A DNA stretch of 64,000 nucleotides, taken from positions 152,021 through 216,020 of the forward strand of contig CAXYCJ010000013.1 in the NCBI GenBank assembly GCA_964275585.1, read 5' to 3'. This DNA is from an uncultured SAR86 cluster bacterium (GTDB taxonomy: Bacteria > Pseudomonadota > Gammaproteobacteria > Magnimaribacterales > D2472). The notes beneath the pieces are model-generated. The model did no database searches. It was not told the origin of the DNA and worked only from the letters and a program-made list of their open reading frames with translations. The translations under genes and the position numbers were made by a program. This document shows positions 20,411 to 29,221 of this stretch, in pieces; the stretch's first letter is position 1; every line of letters begins with the position of its first letter.

Positions 20411-20527
20411 ATATTCTTTTGCAACCAAAAAAAAAAAAACATTTAACCTCTTTGATATCCCGTTCGTATATCATTAATCAAAAATAAAGCAGAGGAACTT
20501 CCTGAAACAAAAACATAGTTTATTTTG

Positions 20528-21391
20528 ATGAAAAAAAATATTAATACATCTTTCAAAGACTTCATTTCAGGCTACTCCATTGAAGTTATTCCAAGGTCTG
20601 CTGCAAGGATCGAATCTTTTACGGATATTTTGCCTAAAAACACTAGGGTTTATATAGCCCATCTAGAAACAGAAGATATTGCAGCAATGGTTGCTACTGC
20701 CAAAAGACTTAATGATGAAGGTTTTGCCGTGATGCCTCATATCCCGGCTAGAATAATTAAAAATCAGGCCATGTTAAATGATTGGATTTCTATGTATCAG
20801 AATGAGGCTGGGGTAGATGAAGCACTTTTATTAGCAGGAGGTTCAAAAAAACCAGTGGGCGAATTTAATTCTTCTATCCAATTGATTGAATCAGCACTAT
20901 TTGATAAAGCTGGTTTTAAAAGACTCCACATAGCCGGACATCCTGAGGGGAGTATGGACATAGATCCTGGTGGAGGAATGAAAAATGTTTCTGAGGCCCT
21001 TTCATGGAAGCAAGAATTTTCTAAAAGAACAGATGCTTCAATGGCAATAGCTACTCAGTTTTGTTTTGATGCCGATGTTGTAAAAAAATGGGCAGACAGA
21101 ATTAAAGAAAATGGTATTGATATCCCCATTCATATTGGCATAGCTGGACCAGCAAAACTTCAAACATTATTAAAATTTTCGGTTGAATGTGGGATAGGTG
21201 CTTCCATGAAAGTTCTCACCAAAAGAGCAAAAGATATAACAAAACTATTATTGCCATACAAACCAACAAAAATCCTCAATGAACTGGCTGAATATAAATC
21301 TAAAGACCCTGAATTAAATATTGAGCAAGTCCATTTTTTTCCAATCGGAGGCATCAAACAAACCGTTGATTGGTTAGAAGAATCTCAATAG
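20528..21391 (+). CDS. metF: 5,10-methylenetetrahydrofolate reductase (alphaproteobacterial-type MetF)
   Basis: SIEV.P, PHIPAR, AGHPEG, TQFCFD and GIAGPA. Confidence 0.85.
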   Translation: MKKNINTSFKDFISGYSIEVIPRSAARIESFTDILPKNTRVYIAHLETEDIAAMVATAKRLNDEGFAVMPHIPARIIKNQAMLNDWISMYQNEAGVDEALLLAGGSKKPVGEFNSSIQLIESALFDKAGFKRLHIAGHPEGSMDIDPGGGMKNVSEALSWKQEFSKRTDASMAIATQFCFDADVVKKWADRIKENGIDIPIHIGIAGPAKLQTLLKFSVECGIGASMKVLTKRAKDITKLLLPYKPTKILNELAEYKSKDPELNIEQVHFFPIGGIKQTVDWLEESQ

Positions 21392-21469
21392 ACATCACCT
21401 GATTGCGTTAAGCAAATAAATGTATCAGACATCTATTCAAGAGGAATAGAAAGGTGATAGCATGCTGCT

Positions 21470-22594
21470 ATGTACAAGACATCTAAAGTAGTTTTTAGCC
21501 CTCGCGTGAGAAAGTCACCGTACTTTAATTCGACCATAAAATATGGAGCACAAGCTTTTTCAGTTTATAACCATATGTATATGCCAGTTAGTTACGATGG
21601 ACCCGTCGAAGATTACAAAAAATTATTAAATGGTGTGCAGTTATGGGACGTGGGTGTCGAGCGACAAGTTCAAATCAAAGGCCCTGATGCGGAAGAATTA
21701 TCACAGTTTTTAACCCCCAGAAATATTAAAAAATGTGCAATCGGACAGGCAATGTATACACCTCTTGTGGACTTTAAGGGGGGATTAATCAACGATCCAG
21801 TAATGCTCAAGATTGATGAAGATTGCTATTGGTTTTCGGTTTCTGATGGAGATTTACTCTTATGGGTGCAAGGTATAGCAGCAGGGTATAAATTTGATGT
21901 AGATGTTGATGAGCCTGATGTATCACCACTTCAAGTCCAAGGCCCCAATTCAACAAAATTAATGGCTAAGGTTTTTGGAGATTGGGTGAATGATTTAGGT
22001 TTTTATAGGTTCAAGGAAGTAAATCATGAGGGAATCCCTATGGTTATTGCCAGAATGGGCTATAGCAAAGAACTTTGTTATGAACTTTTTCTTCAAGATC
22101 ACTCCAAGGGAGATGAGTTATGGGAAATGCTTTGGCAAGCAGGGCAAGATCTAAATATCAGCCCAGGTTCGCCAAACATAATCCTAAGGCTGGAAGGCGG
22201 AATAGTAAGTTATCTAGCAGACATAGATAGAACCAATAATCCTTATGAGGTTGGGTTAGACTGGATGGTTAATCTTGATCAGGAAGATGATTTCATTGGC
22301 AAAGATGCTTTACGTGAAATTAGCCTTAAAGGCCCAGAAAAGAAATTGCTAGGAGCTGAGATTCAAGGGGACCCCATAACCGTCTTTAATGAGGAGCCTT
22401 GGCCTGTTTTAATTGATGGCCAAAAGGTTGGATTTATGAATGCTGTTGTTTACTCACCTAGACTTAATAAAAATATATCTTATGTCATTCTAGATATTGA
22501 GCATGCCAGGATTGGGCAAGAAATAACCATCTCTTCACCAGAGAAAGAACTCACAGCAACAACAGTTGAGATTCCATGGTTAAATAGAGCATGA
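21470..22594 (+). CDS. DmdA-like THF-dependent demethylase (GcvT family)
   Basis: YNHM, LWDVGVERQVQI.GPDA, INDPVMLK and QVQGP; length and motifs resemble DMSP demethylase. Confidence 0.75.
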   Translation: MYKTSKVVFSPRVRKSPYFNSTIKYGAQAFSVYNHMYMPVSYDGPVEDYKKLLNGVQLWDVGVERQVQIKGPDAEELSQFLTPRNIKKCAIGQAMYTPLVDFKGGLINDPVMLKIDEDCYWFSVSDGDLLLWVQGIAAGYKFDVDVDEPDVSPLQVQGPNSTKLMAKVFGDWVNDLGFYRFKEVNHEGIPMVIARMGYSKELCYELFLQDHSKGDELWEMLWQAGQDLNISPGSPNIILRLEGGIVSYLADIDRTNNPYEVGLDWMVNLDQEDDFIGKDALREISLKGPEKKLLGAEIQGDPITVFNEEPWPVLIDGQKVGFMNAVVYSPRLNKNISYVILDIEHARIGQEITISSPEKELTATTVEIPWLNRA

Positions 22595-22595
22595 A

Positions 22596-22635
22596 ATGAG
22601 GTCGATTTCAATCTGAACCGACCCCATAGATTTTT
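22596..22635. terminator. Hairpin between convergent genes
   Basis: GGTCG-ATTTCA-ATC-TGAAC-CGACC followed by a T run. Confidence 0.5.
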
Positions 22636-23952
22636 TTAATCCGCGTAATCTAATCCTTTGTCCTTTTGGACTTCTCTTTTGTTAGGATTCACAGATTCCC
22701 TGAAAGGCACATCGACAATTTCACCCTCTACCGGCACCCCAGATGATTCCGAGTATTCATCGGGTAACCTGACATGTAATTTTGTGCCGATCTCGGATGA
22801 GGTCCATGGCACCCAGCCCAGTCCTACGTTTGTATTGAGTTCTGGAGACCACCATGGAGAGGATATATATCCCATGTCATTCCCATCTGTGTCAGCGATT
22901 AGCCAGAAATCAGGAGCATAGTCGGTGATTTGCTTGCCACCAAAAATCAAACCAACCATTCGCATTTTGAATGGAAAATCTCCAGCATCAAGAACCGAGC
23001 GTTGTCTTTCAAGCTCCTCTTTGCCGATGTAATCGGCTGCTTTATTTCGAGGCACCTGATAGCTCAGATTTACCTGAAAAGGAGAAGTTTCGTGGTCCAA
23101 GTCTTGGCCCCAGGATAAAATGCCAGCTTGAATTCGACGATGGTGAGCGGGCGCTATCACCATTAAACCAAACTCTTTGCCTGCCTCAAGAACTGCATTC
23201 CATATAATCTCCGCATTTTCATGCGCATCGCGTACATAAATTTCATAGCCTTTTTCTCCAGTAAAACCAGTTTGGCTAATGACTACATCTGCACCTCCGA
23301 TACTGGTTTCCATGAGACCATAATAAGGAACTTCCCTGAGCTCTTCACCAGCAAGTTTAGCCATAAGATCCTCAGACAGAGGACCTTGAATTTGTAGAGG
23401 ACAGACATCAATCTCATCAATTTCAACATCATATTTCTTGGAAATATTGACACCTTGGAGCCAAAGCAATAGATCGCTATCAGAAATAGAAAACCAGAAT
23501 TCATCTTCTGATAGTCTCAATAAAACAGGATCATTTAAAATACCACCTTTGTCGTTACACAAAATTGCATATTTTCCATTGCCTGGTTCGATTTTAGTGG
23601 CATCACGTGTGATCACATAATCTGTAAAAGCTTCGGCATCAGGACCTTTCACTCTTATCTGTCTTTCAACAGCAACATTCCACATAGTTACACGATTGAC
23701 CAATGCTTCGTATTCGACCATGGCTCCGCCATCTTCAGGTCTAACATATCCCCTTGGATGATAGATACGGTTGTAAACAGTTGCTCTCCAGCAACCGGCT
23801 TCATGAGATAGATGCCAAAAAGGCGATTTCCTCACTCGAGTTGAAATCAATAGCTCAGTGGGCGTTCGGCCACTCTGTCTAAGATTATATGGAACTACGC
23901 GATCGCTTTGATCGATACTAGGATGGTTTGGATTTTTCATATTTTTCCCCAT
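22636..23952 (-). CDS. GcvT-family aminomethyltransferase/demethylase
   Basis: RVRKSPFW, WNVAVERQI.V.GPDA, GGILNDPVLL and TGFTGEKGYE. Confidence 0.88.
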   Translation of the reverse strand: MGKNMKNPNHPSIDQSDRVVPYNLRQSGRTPTELLISTRVRKSPFWHLSHEAGCWRATVYNRIYHPRGYVRPEDGGAMVEYEALVNRVTMWNVAVERQIRVKGPDAEAFTDYVITRDATKIEPGNGKYAILCNDKGGILNDPVLLRLSEDEFWFSISDSDLLLWLQGVNISKKYDVEIDEIDVCPLQIQGPLSEDLMAKLAGEELREVPYYGLMETSIGGADVVISQTGFTGEKGYEIYVRDAHENAEIIWNAVLEAGKEFGLMVIAPAHHRRIQAGILSWGQDLDHETSPFQVNLSYQVPRNKAADYIGKEELERQRSVLDAGDFPFKMRMVGLIFGGKQITDYAPDFWLIADTDGNDMGYISSPWWSPELNTNVGLGWVPWTSSEIGTKLHVRLPDEYSESSGVPVEGEIVDVPFRESVNPNKREVQKDKGLDYAD

Positions 23953-23974
23953 AAATATTAATTATTAACATTCG

Positions 23975-26575
23975 TTAAGAACGAACCCTTTCATTTTCAG
24001 GATCATATAAAGACCCTTTGCCAACTATTTGAACGGTCATTGGATAAACTCCGTTACCGTTTTCGTTAAAATACTCCAGCGACATTGGCTTCCCTGGTAT
24101 AGCGATATTTGTAGGTAGGTATCCCATAACTACGTGTTTTTTTATTGATGGACAATAGGACATGCCAGTGCTATAGGACCGGCGACCTTTGCTGTCTATA
24201 GGAACTTCTCCTGTATCAGGATCAATGATTGGTGAGATCCCGACCGGATAACGTGTTTCACCCGATACATTGAGATTATCCAGCGTCATTGTGCAAAGAA
24301 TTGTACTAGGCTCTTCTTCTCGATGAGCAAGGTGTGCTGCTTTACCATGAAAATCTGCTTCTTTTACTAGACGCCTTTCAATAGCAGATTCACAAGCATT
24401 ATAATTGCTCTCTAGATCTGCACCTTGAAGTCGAAAGCTTTTTTCAAGGCGTCGACTGTTGGCATAAGTTTCGATGCCTACTGGCACAACTCCAACTTCG
24501 AGCAAGGAGTCGTAAAGTGCTAGACCCTCTTCACTGTCATTATTTAAATAAATTTCCCAGCCGCTTTCACCAACATAGGAAATGCGTGATGCCCAGACAT
24601 CAATTTTCTTTCCTCCAGATAAATTTAAGGTCAGGTTCTTTGCAGCAACAAAAGGAAAATTTTCTATGGTAATTTTATTAGGGTCAATAAAATGGCCCAA
24701 GGCATCTTTTGCTTTAGGTCCCCACAATCCTAAAGTTGCTTTATCGTGGGTTCGAATCTTAATGTCTGCGTCTAACCCCATATCATCTCGATAATTGCGC
24801 AAGGTTAACCAGTCTCGGTTACCATCGGCTCCACCAGTCACCACTCGGAAACTATCTGAGCCTAGGCGAGAGATGGTAAGGTCTGCATGTACGCCGCCAT
24901 CCTCATCCAGGAAATTCGTATAAATCATTCGGCCTTCAGGAGTATTGCCGCCAATCTTTGCAACAGAGAGATATTCCAACATGCGCTCTGCATCTGGACC
25001 CTCTATGTCCATGATTGGAAAGTGCGATAGATTTATCATCCCAGCTAAATCACTCATAGCTAGATGTTCTGCGTTAGCAATTTCATAGGGTACGTGGCGT
25101 CGATCCCACTCATTCTCTCTAACCGGAACCTCTTGTAAATAACTATTTAGTTTTTCTCGATTGCTCTCATAAGCAAGAGCGCGTTCCCAGCCAGCTACTT
25201 CATTATCAAAGTAGCCCCCAAGCTCTTTTTCCCTTGCATAAAAAGGGCTGACAAAAAGTTCTCTTTGACTGATGTATGGCTCTCTGGGATGAACAGCAGG
25301 GGTGTAGATAGTTTGAGCATTTTCAAAAGCTCGCGTTTTCACAAAATCTTTTTCTTTTTGCGCGGGATAAAATCTGGCAATGTCAAAAGAATGCATGTCC
25401 ACCTGAGTTTTGCCATTGATCATTAATTCGGCGCAGAGTCTTGCACATCCAGGACCGTCTTTAACCCAAACTGCTTCACATAACCAAAAACCTCTGACTT
25501 CCGGGCTTTCACCTATTAAAGAGCCAGCGTCAGGAGTGACCGATAACAAGCCATTGAATGAACTTTTTTCATCCCAGCCCAAATCAGCAAGTATAGGGGT
25601 TGTTTCGAATGCTTTTTCGAGGGGTTCGGCGACTTCTTCAAGTTCTAGGTATCTCATAGAGTCAGAGCCCATGGTCTTTTTGGGATTGCCAATATCCTCA
25701 GGATCAACAAGTCGGGGATCCTTATCTTCGTAAAAACCCCATTCCAGCATTCCTCCATGGAGTCTGCCTGTATCTCTGACGTAAGCTGAATTTCCTTGAT
25801 CACGAAGTAGTGGATAGACAAGTAATTCCTCGGTTCCCTGTATCTCAGGAAGTGGGCCAAAAAATAGTAAAGGGTGTTCTACTGGCATCAGTGGGATTGG
25901 AACGCCAGCCATCTCTCCCATTAAAGGTCCCCAGATTCCAGATGCAATTACAACTTTGTCAGTTTTGATTGTTCCTTTATCGGTTTTTACTCCAGTAATA
26001 CGTCCATTCTCCATTTCAAATCCTACCGCTGGTGTGTCAGTATATGTACTTAAAGCACCTTTCTCTTTGGCACTTTCTACGGCAAAGTTCACCACATCTT
26101 GAGAGCGGGGGGTTACTAAGCCAGCATCTGGATCCCACATTGCACCTCGTATTGACTCTTCATCTAATAATGGAAATTTTTCTTTAGCTTCGGATGCAGA
26201 AATTAAACTGACGTTAGTCCCGAAAGCTTTACCTGATTCAACTTTCCGTTTGAGTTCTTCCCATCGTGCATCGTCGTCTTTTCGGCAGATCTCTAGACCT
26301 CCTTTTTTTAGAAAGAAACCATTCTCTTCATAAAAATTTCGACTAAAATTAGTTGCCCAGCAGCCTAGTTTGTCATGAGTTGTGTTGTAGACGAAATCCG
26401 AAGCATGGGCGGTGGATGCTATGTCTGAAGGAATTATGGTAGATTTTTCTAACCCTACAATATTTTTTTGACCGAGTTCTGTGAGCCAGTATGCTAGCAT
26501 CGACCCAACAATCCCGCCTACTCCGACGATGACAACTTCAGCATCTGTAGGAAATTTAGAGGATTTTGTTGACAT
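23975..26575 (-). CDS. Dimethylglycine/sarcosine dehydrogenase-like flavoprotein (FAD domain + GcvT domain)
   Basis: IVGVGGIVG FAD site, STAHAS, TPDAGSLIG and SYVGESGWE; 866 aa. Confidence 0.88.
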   Translation of the reverse strand: MSTKSSKFPTDAEVVIVGVGGIVGSMLAYWLTELGQKNIVGLEKSTIIPSDIASTAHASDFVYNTTHDKLGCWATNFSRNFYEENGFFLKKGGLEICRKDDDARWEELKRKVESGKAFGTNVSLISASEAKEKFPLLDEESIRGAMWDPDAGLVTPRSQDVVNFAVESAKEKGALSTYTDTPAVGFEMENGRITGVKTDKGTIKTDKVVIASGIWGPLMGEMAGVPIPLMPVEHPLLFFGPLPEIQGTEELLVYPLLRDQGNSAYVRDTGRLHGGMLEWGFYEDKDPRLVDPEDIGNPKKTMGSDSMRYLELEEVAEPLEKAFETTPILADLGWDEKSSFNGLLSVTPDAGSLIGESPEVRGFWLCEAVWVKDGPGCARLCAELMINGKTQVDMHSFDIARFYPAQKEKDFVKTRAFENAQTIYTPAVHPREPYISQRELFVSPFYAREKELGGYFDNEVAGWERALAYESNREKLNSYLQEVPVRENEWDRRHVPYEIANAEHLAMSDLAGMINLSHFPIMDIEGPDAERMLEYLSVAKIGGNTPEGRMIYTNFLDEDGGVHADLTISRLGSDSFRVVTGGADGNRDWLTLRNYRDDMGLDADIKIRTHDKATLGLWGPKAKDALGHFIDPNKITIENFPFVAAKNLTLNLSGGKKIDVWASRISYVGESGWEIYLNNDSEEGLALYDSLLEVGVVPVGIETYANSRRLEKSFRLQGADLESNYNACESAIERRLVKEADFHGKAAHLAHREEEPSTILCTMTLDNLNVSGETRYPVGISPIIDPDTGEVPIDSKGRRSYSTGMSYCPSIKKHVVMGYLPTNIAIPGKPMSLEYFNENGNGVYPMTVQIVGKGSLYDPENERVRS

Positions 26576-26658
26576 CTTTTTTTACTAATAAAATTCTTAT
26601 ATTTGGATAATATTCCTCATAGATATATCTGTCCAATACTTTTTCATTTCAATATTTA

Positions 26659-26687
26659 TTGACAGAATTGATACAAATAAATATTAT
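26659..26687 (+). promoter_or_regulatory. Sigma-70 promoter of the bhmT leader
   Basis: TTGACA-N17-TATTAT, which places +1 near 26693 at the riboswitch 5' end. Confidence 0.65.
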
Positions 26688-26689
26688 AT

Positions 26690-26742
26690 AAGTTCGTGAT
26701 TTGATCTTATTGCCGCGAGTTTAAATAAAGAGCTAAAACGGA
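26690..26742 (+). ncRNA. SAM-II-class riboswitch (putative) upstream of bhmT
   Basis: AAGUUCG-U-GAUUU-GAUCUUA-UUGC-CG-CGAGUUU-AAAUAAAGA-GCUAAAA-CGGA; P1 AAGUUCG/CGAGUUU; a methionine-synthesis gene follows. Confidence 0.75.
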
Positions 26743-26866
26743 AATTATTCCCAGGATTTAACTAAAAACACAATGTAGTTTTTTAAAAACAACATATGTG
26801 TAAGTTCGTTATTAGATTGTATATATCACAACATTAATTGAACTTGATTTTTTGAGGTATAGGGTA

Positions 26867-27925
26867 ATGAAAAGACAATTAATAGAAAGGTTAAATGAGG
26901 GTCCTGTAATTTGCGCAGAAGGCTTTTTATTTGAAATTGAAAAAAGAGGTTATCTCTCTGCAGGTGAGTTTGTGCCTATGGTGTCACTTGAGCATCCTGA
27001 AGCATTAGAAAATCTGCATAAAGATTTTCAACATGCAGGTTCTGATGTTGTTGAGGCTTTTACTTATAACGCTCATAGAGAAAAAATGAGAGTGATTGGC
27101 AAAGAAGAGCTTCTTGAGCCATTAAACAGAGCTGCATTACAGATTGCAAAAAAAGTGGCTGATAATCCAATTGGTGGGGGAGAGGCTAACTTGATGGCAG
27201 GCAATATTTCAAACTCTAATATTTGGGAAGAGGGCAACAAAGAAAGTCATGCGGAAGTTGAAAGAATGTTTAGCGAAATGGTTGAGTGGTCAGTAGATGA
27301 GGGAGCTGACTTATTGGTAGGTGAAACCTTTTATTACGCCGAAGAAGCATACTTGGCTCTAGATATTATTCAAAAAGCTGGATTACCATCAGTTATCACT
27401 ATTGCCCCAATGGCTGAAAATGTGATGAGAGACGGTGTGTCGATTATGGATGTTTGCAAAGAACTTGAGCAAAGAGGTGCCGATGTTGTTGGTATGAACT
27501 GCTTTAGGGGCCCAGACACTATGATGCCTTACCTAAGAGAGCTTAGAAAAGTTTTGAAATGTCATATGGCAGCTCTGCCACTTCCGTTTCGAACAACAGA
27601 GGCCAATCCAACTTTCTTTAACTTGCCTGATGACAACGGATGCTCATGCCCAGCTCCCCATGGAAGAACATTCCCAACGGCATTGGATCCTTTATATTGC
27701 AACAGATATGAAATACATGCTTTTGCTAAAGAATCTTTTGAGCTAGGCATTAATTATCTTGGTGTTTGCTGTGGTGCTACACCAATGCATATTCGTGAAG
27801 TTGCAGAAGCTGCAGGATTAACCGTCCCTGCAAGCAAGTACAGAGAAAACATGTCAAATCATTTTATGTATGGGAATAGCGAGAGAATTGCAGAACACAT
27901 GCAGGAATTTGGAGACAAAGCTTAG
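26867..27925 (+). CDS. bhmT: Betaine-homocysteine S-methyltransferase
   Basis: ICAEGFLFEIEKRGY, AGSDVVEAFTYN, and zinc ligands in GMNC and GVCCG; ATG at 26867. Confidence 0.9.
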   Translation: MKRQLIERLNEGPVICAEGFLFEIEKRGYLSAGEFVPMVSLEHPEALENLHKDFQHAGSDVVEAFTYNAHREKMRVIGKEELLEPLNRAALQIAKKVADNPIGGGEANLMAGNISNSNIWEEGNKESHAEVERMFSEMVEWSVDEGADLLVGETFYYAEEAYLALDIIQKAGLPSVITIAPMAENVMRDGVSIMDVCKELEQRGADVVGMNCFRGPDTMMPYLRELRKVLKCHMAALPLPFRTTEANPTFFNLPDDNGCSCPAPHGRTFPTALDPLYCNRYEIHAFAKESFELGINYLGVCCGATPMHIREVAEAAGLTVPASKYRENMSNHFMYGNSERIAEHMQEFGDKA

Positions 27926-27942
27926 ACTTCCATTGAGTTACT

Positions 27943-27968
27943 GATGGGAGGCTATTAGTCCTCCCATC
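27943..27968. terminator. Probable bidirectional terminator hairpin
   Basis: GATGGGAGG-CTATTAGT-CCTCCCATC 9-bp stem between convergent genes. Confidence 0.65.
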
Positions 27969-27972
27969 TTAA

Positions 27973-29163
27973 TTAATTCGATTGCCAAGATCGTGTAATA
28001 CTAATATTTTCTTCAAAGTTACCAAGCGGAAGGTTAAGGAACTTTGATATCTCATCCAATACATCAGATATAAAATCATGTGGATCAATGTGACCGGCCT
28101 CAGGAGCTAATACTCCAGCTTCATTTATTTTTCCTTCGGCTAGCATTTTAATTCCACAGGCTAACGGGATTCCAGTAATTTCTCCCATGCCTATGCCATC
28201 AGAAGAACCATCATCATTTATTATGCAAACTCCCACGCTCGCTGGAACTCCATTTTTTGAACCATGCGCAAATCCATACATGGAAGGAAGATGATCATTA
28301 GCATTAGGTTTCTTTTGATGAGATTCTTGGCTTTCTAACCATGAAAATAAAGTTGATGCTTTTTCCTTGCCAAGGAAACCAATGTTCACCAGGCCTGTTA
28401 GAGCTTTGATAATAATTGAGTCGAGGGAACCACCGTGGGCAAGATTAATACAATCTTTAAGCTCTGAAAAATAATGAGGAAATGTTACTGCTTCAGGATG
28501 ACCAAAAATATTACCAGCAAAATTAGGTAACCCTGGGTATTCAACATTTATTGCCTGAAGAGGCTTAACCATTTTATAGGCACTATCTTGATATATTTTT
28601 ACCTTGCCAGTCATTTGCTCAATTGCATGCAACATAGCAGCATTGGTAGATTGTTGCTTAGCAGTTTCATCTATAGTTGCCGCACCGGCATCCCAGCCGG
28701 TATAGACTGTCGTGACTTCATCTAATTCACGTATGGCAATGAGCGCCATCAAATTTGTTAGTCCAGGGCTTGCACCAAGTCCAATAGTGGCAGACACACC
28801 AGCTGATTTAGCATTAGCATCAAGCTTCATCATTTCAAGTGTTGGCTCCCAATCATCACAAATATCTAAATAGTGGCATCCTGAAGATATGGCAGCACTT
28901 AGAATAGGTTCGCCAAATTTAAAAAAAGGGCCACAGGTATTTACCACAATATTAATATTCTCCATTGCTAGTTTAAGAGCCTGAACATCTCTCACATCAA
29001 GCTGAATAGCAGAAACTTTATTATTTAGGGTGGCCGCAAAAGATGTCGCACTTTCTTCATTAATATCGGCAATAATTATTTCATCTATAGCATCAAAGTT
29101 TTGAGCTGCCTTAAGGGCATAGCGGGCCATGCTACCGCATCCACCAATTGCAAGAATTTTCAT
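27973..29163 (-). CDS. Saccharopine dehydrogenase-family oxidoreductase
   Basis: IGGCGSMA, NTCGPFF, HYLDICDD, GLGASPGLTN and GHPEAVT. Confidence 0.88.
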   Translation of the reverse strand: MKILAIGGCGSMARYALKAAQNFDAIDEIIIADINEESATSFAATLNNKVSAIQLDVRDVQALKLAMENINIVVNTCGPFFKFGEPILSAAISSGCHYLDICDDWEPTLEMMKLDANAKSAGVSATIGLGASPGLTNLMALIAIRELDEVTTVYTGWDAGAATIDETAKQQSTNAAMLHAIEQMTGKVKIYQDSAYKMVKPLQAINVEYPGLPNFAGNIFGHPEAVTFPHYFSELKDCINLAHGGSLDSIIIKALTGLVNIGFLGKEKASTLFSWLESQESHQKKPNANDHLPSMYGFAHGSKNGVPASVGVCIINDDGSSDGIGMGEITGIPLACGIKMLAEGKINEAGVLAPEAGHIDPHDFISDVLDEISKFLNLPLGNFEENISITRSWQSN

Positions 29164-29221
29164 AATTTACTCCGGAGCTTTTTCACTTTACTATCTAATT
29201 TTAAAACTAAGTAACCTACCA

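Noticed and set aside
20440..20500. CATTTAACCTCTTTGA...TCAAAAA...AGAGG before metF looks faintly SAM-II/SAM-V-like
   Set aside because: No P1 stem, and it lacks the UUGC/GCUAAA core
21398..21407. CCTGATTGCG shared with the 15462-15507 riboswitch
   Set aside because: No GAUUU or GCUAAA around it; probably a chance 10-mer
27947..27965. GGAGG...AGTCCTCCC resembles the tRNA T arm and might be a right-hand att remnant of the large island
   Set aside because: Only 9 contiguous nt match and the acceptor strand is absent; it is adequately explained as a terminator hairpin
29129..29221. Apparent head-to-head overlap of the two saccharopine-dehydrogenase-family ORFs
   Set aside because: Artefact of the longest-ORF start; the domain begins at the ATG at 29222
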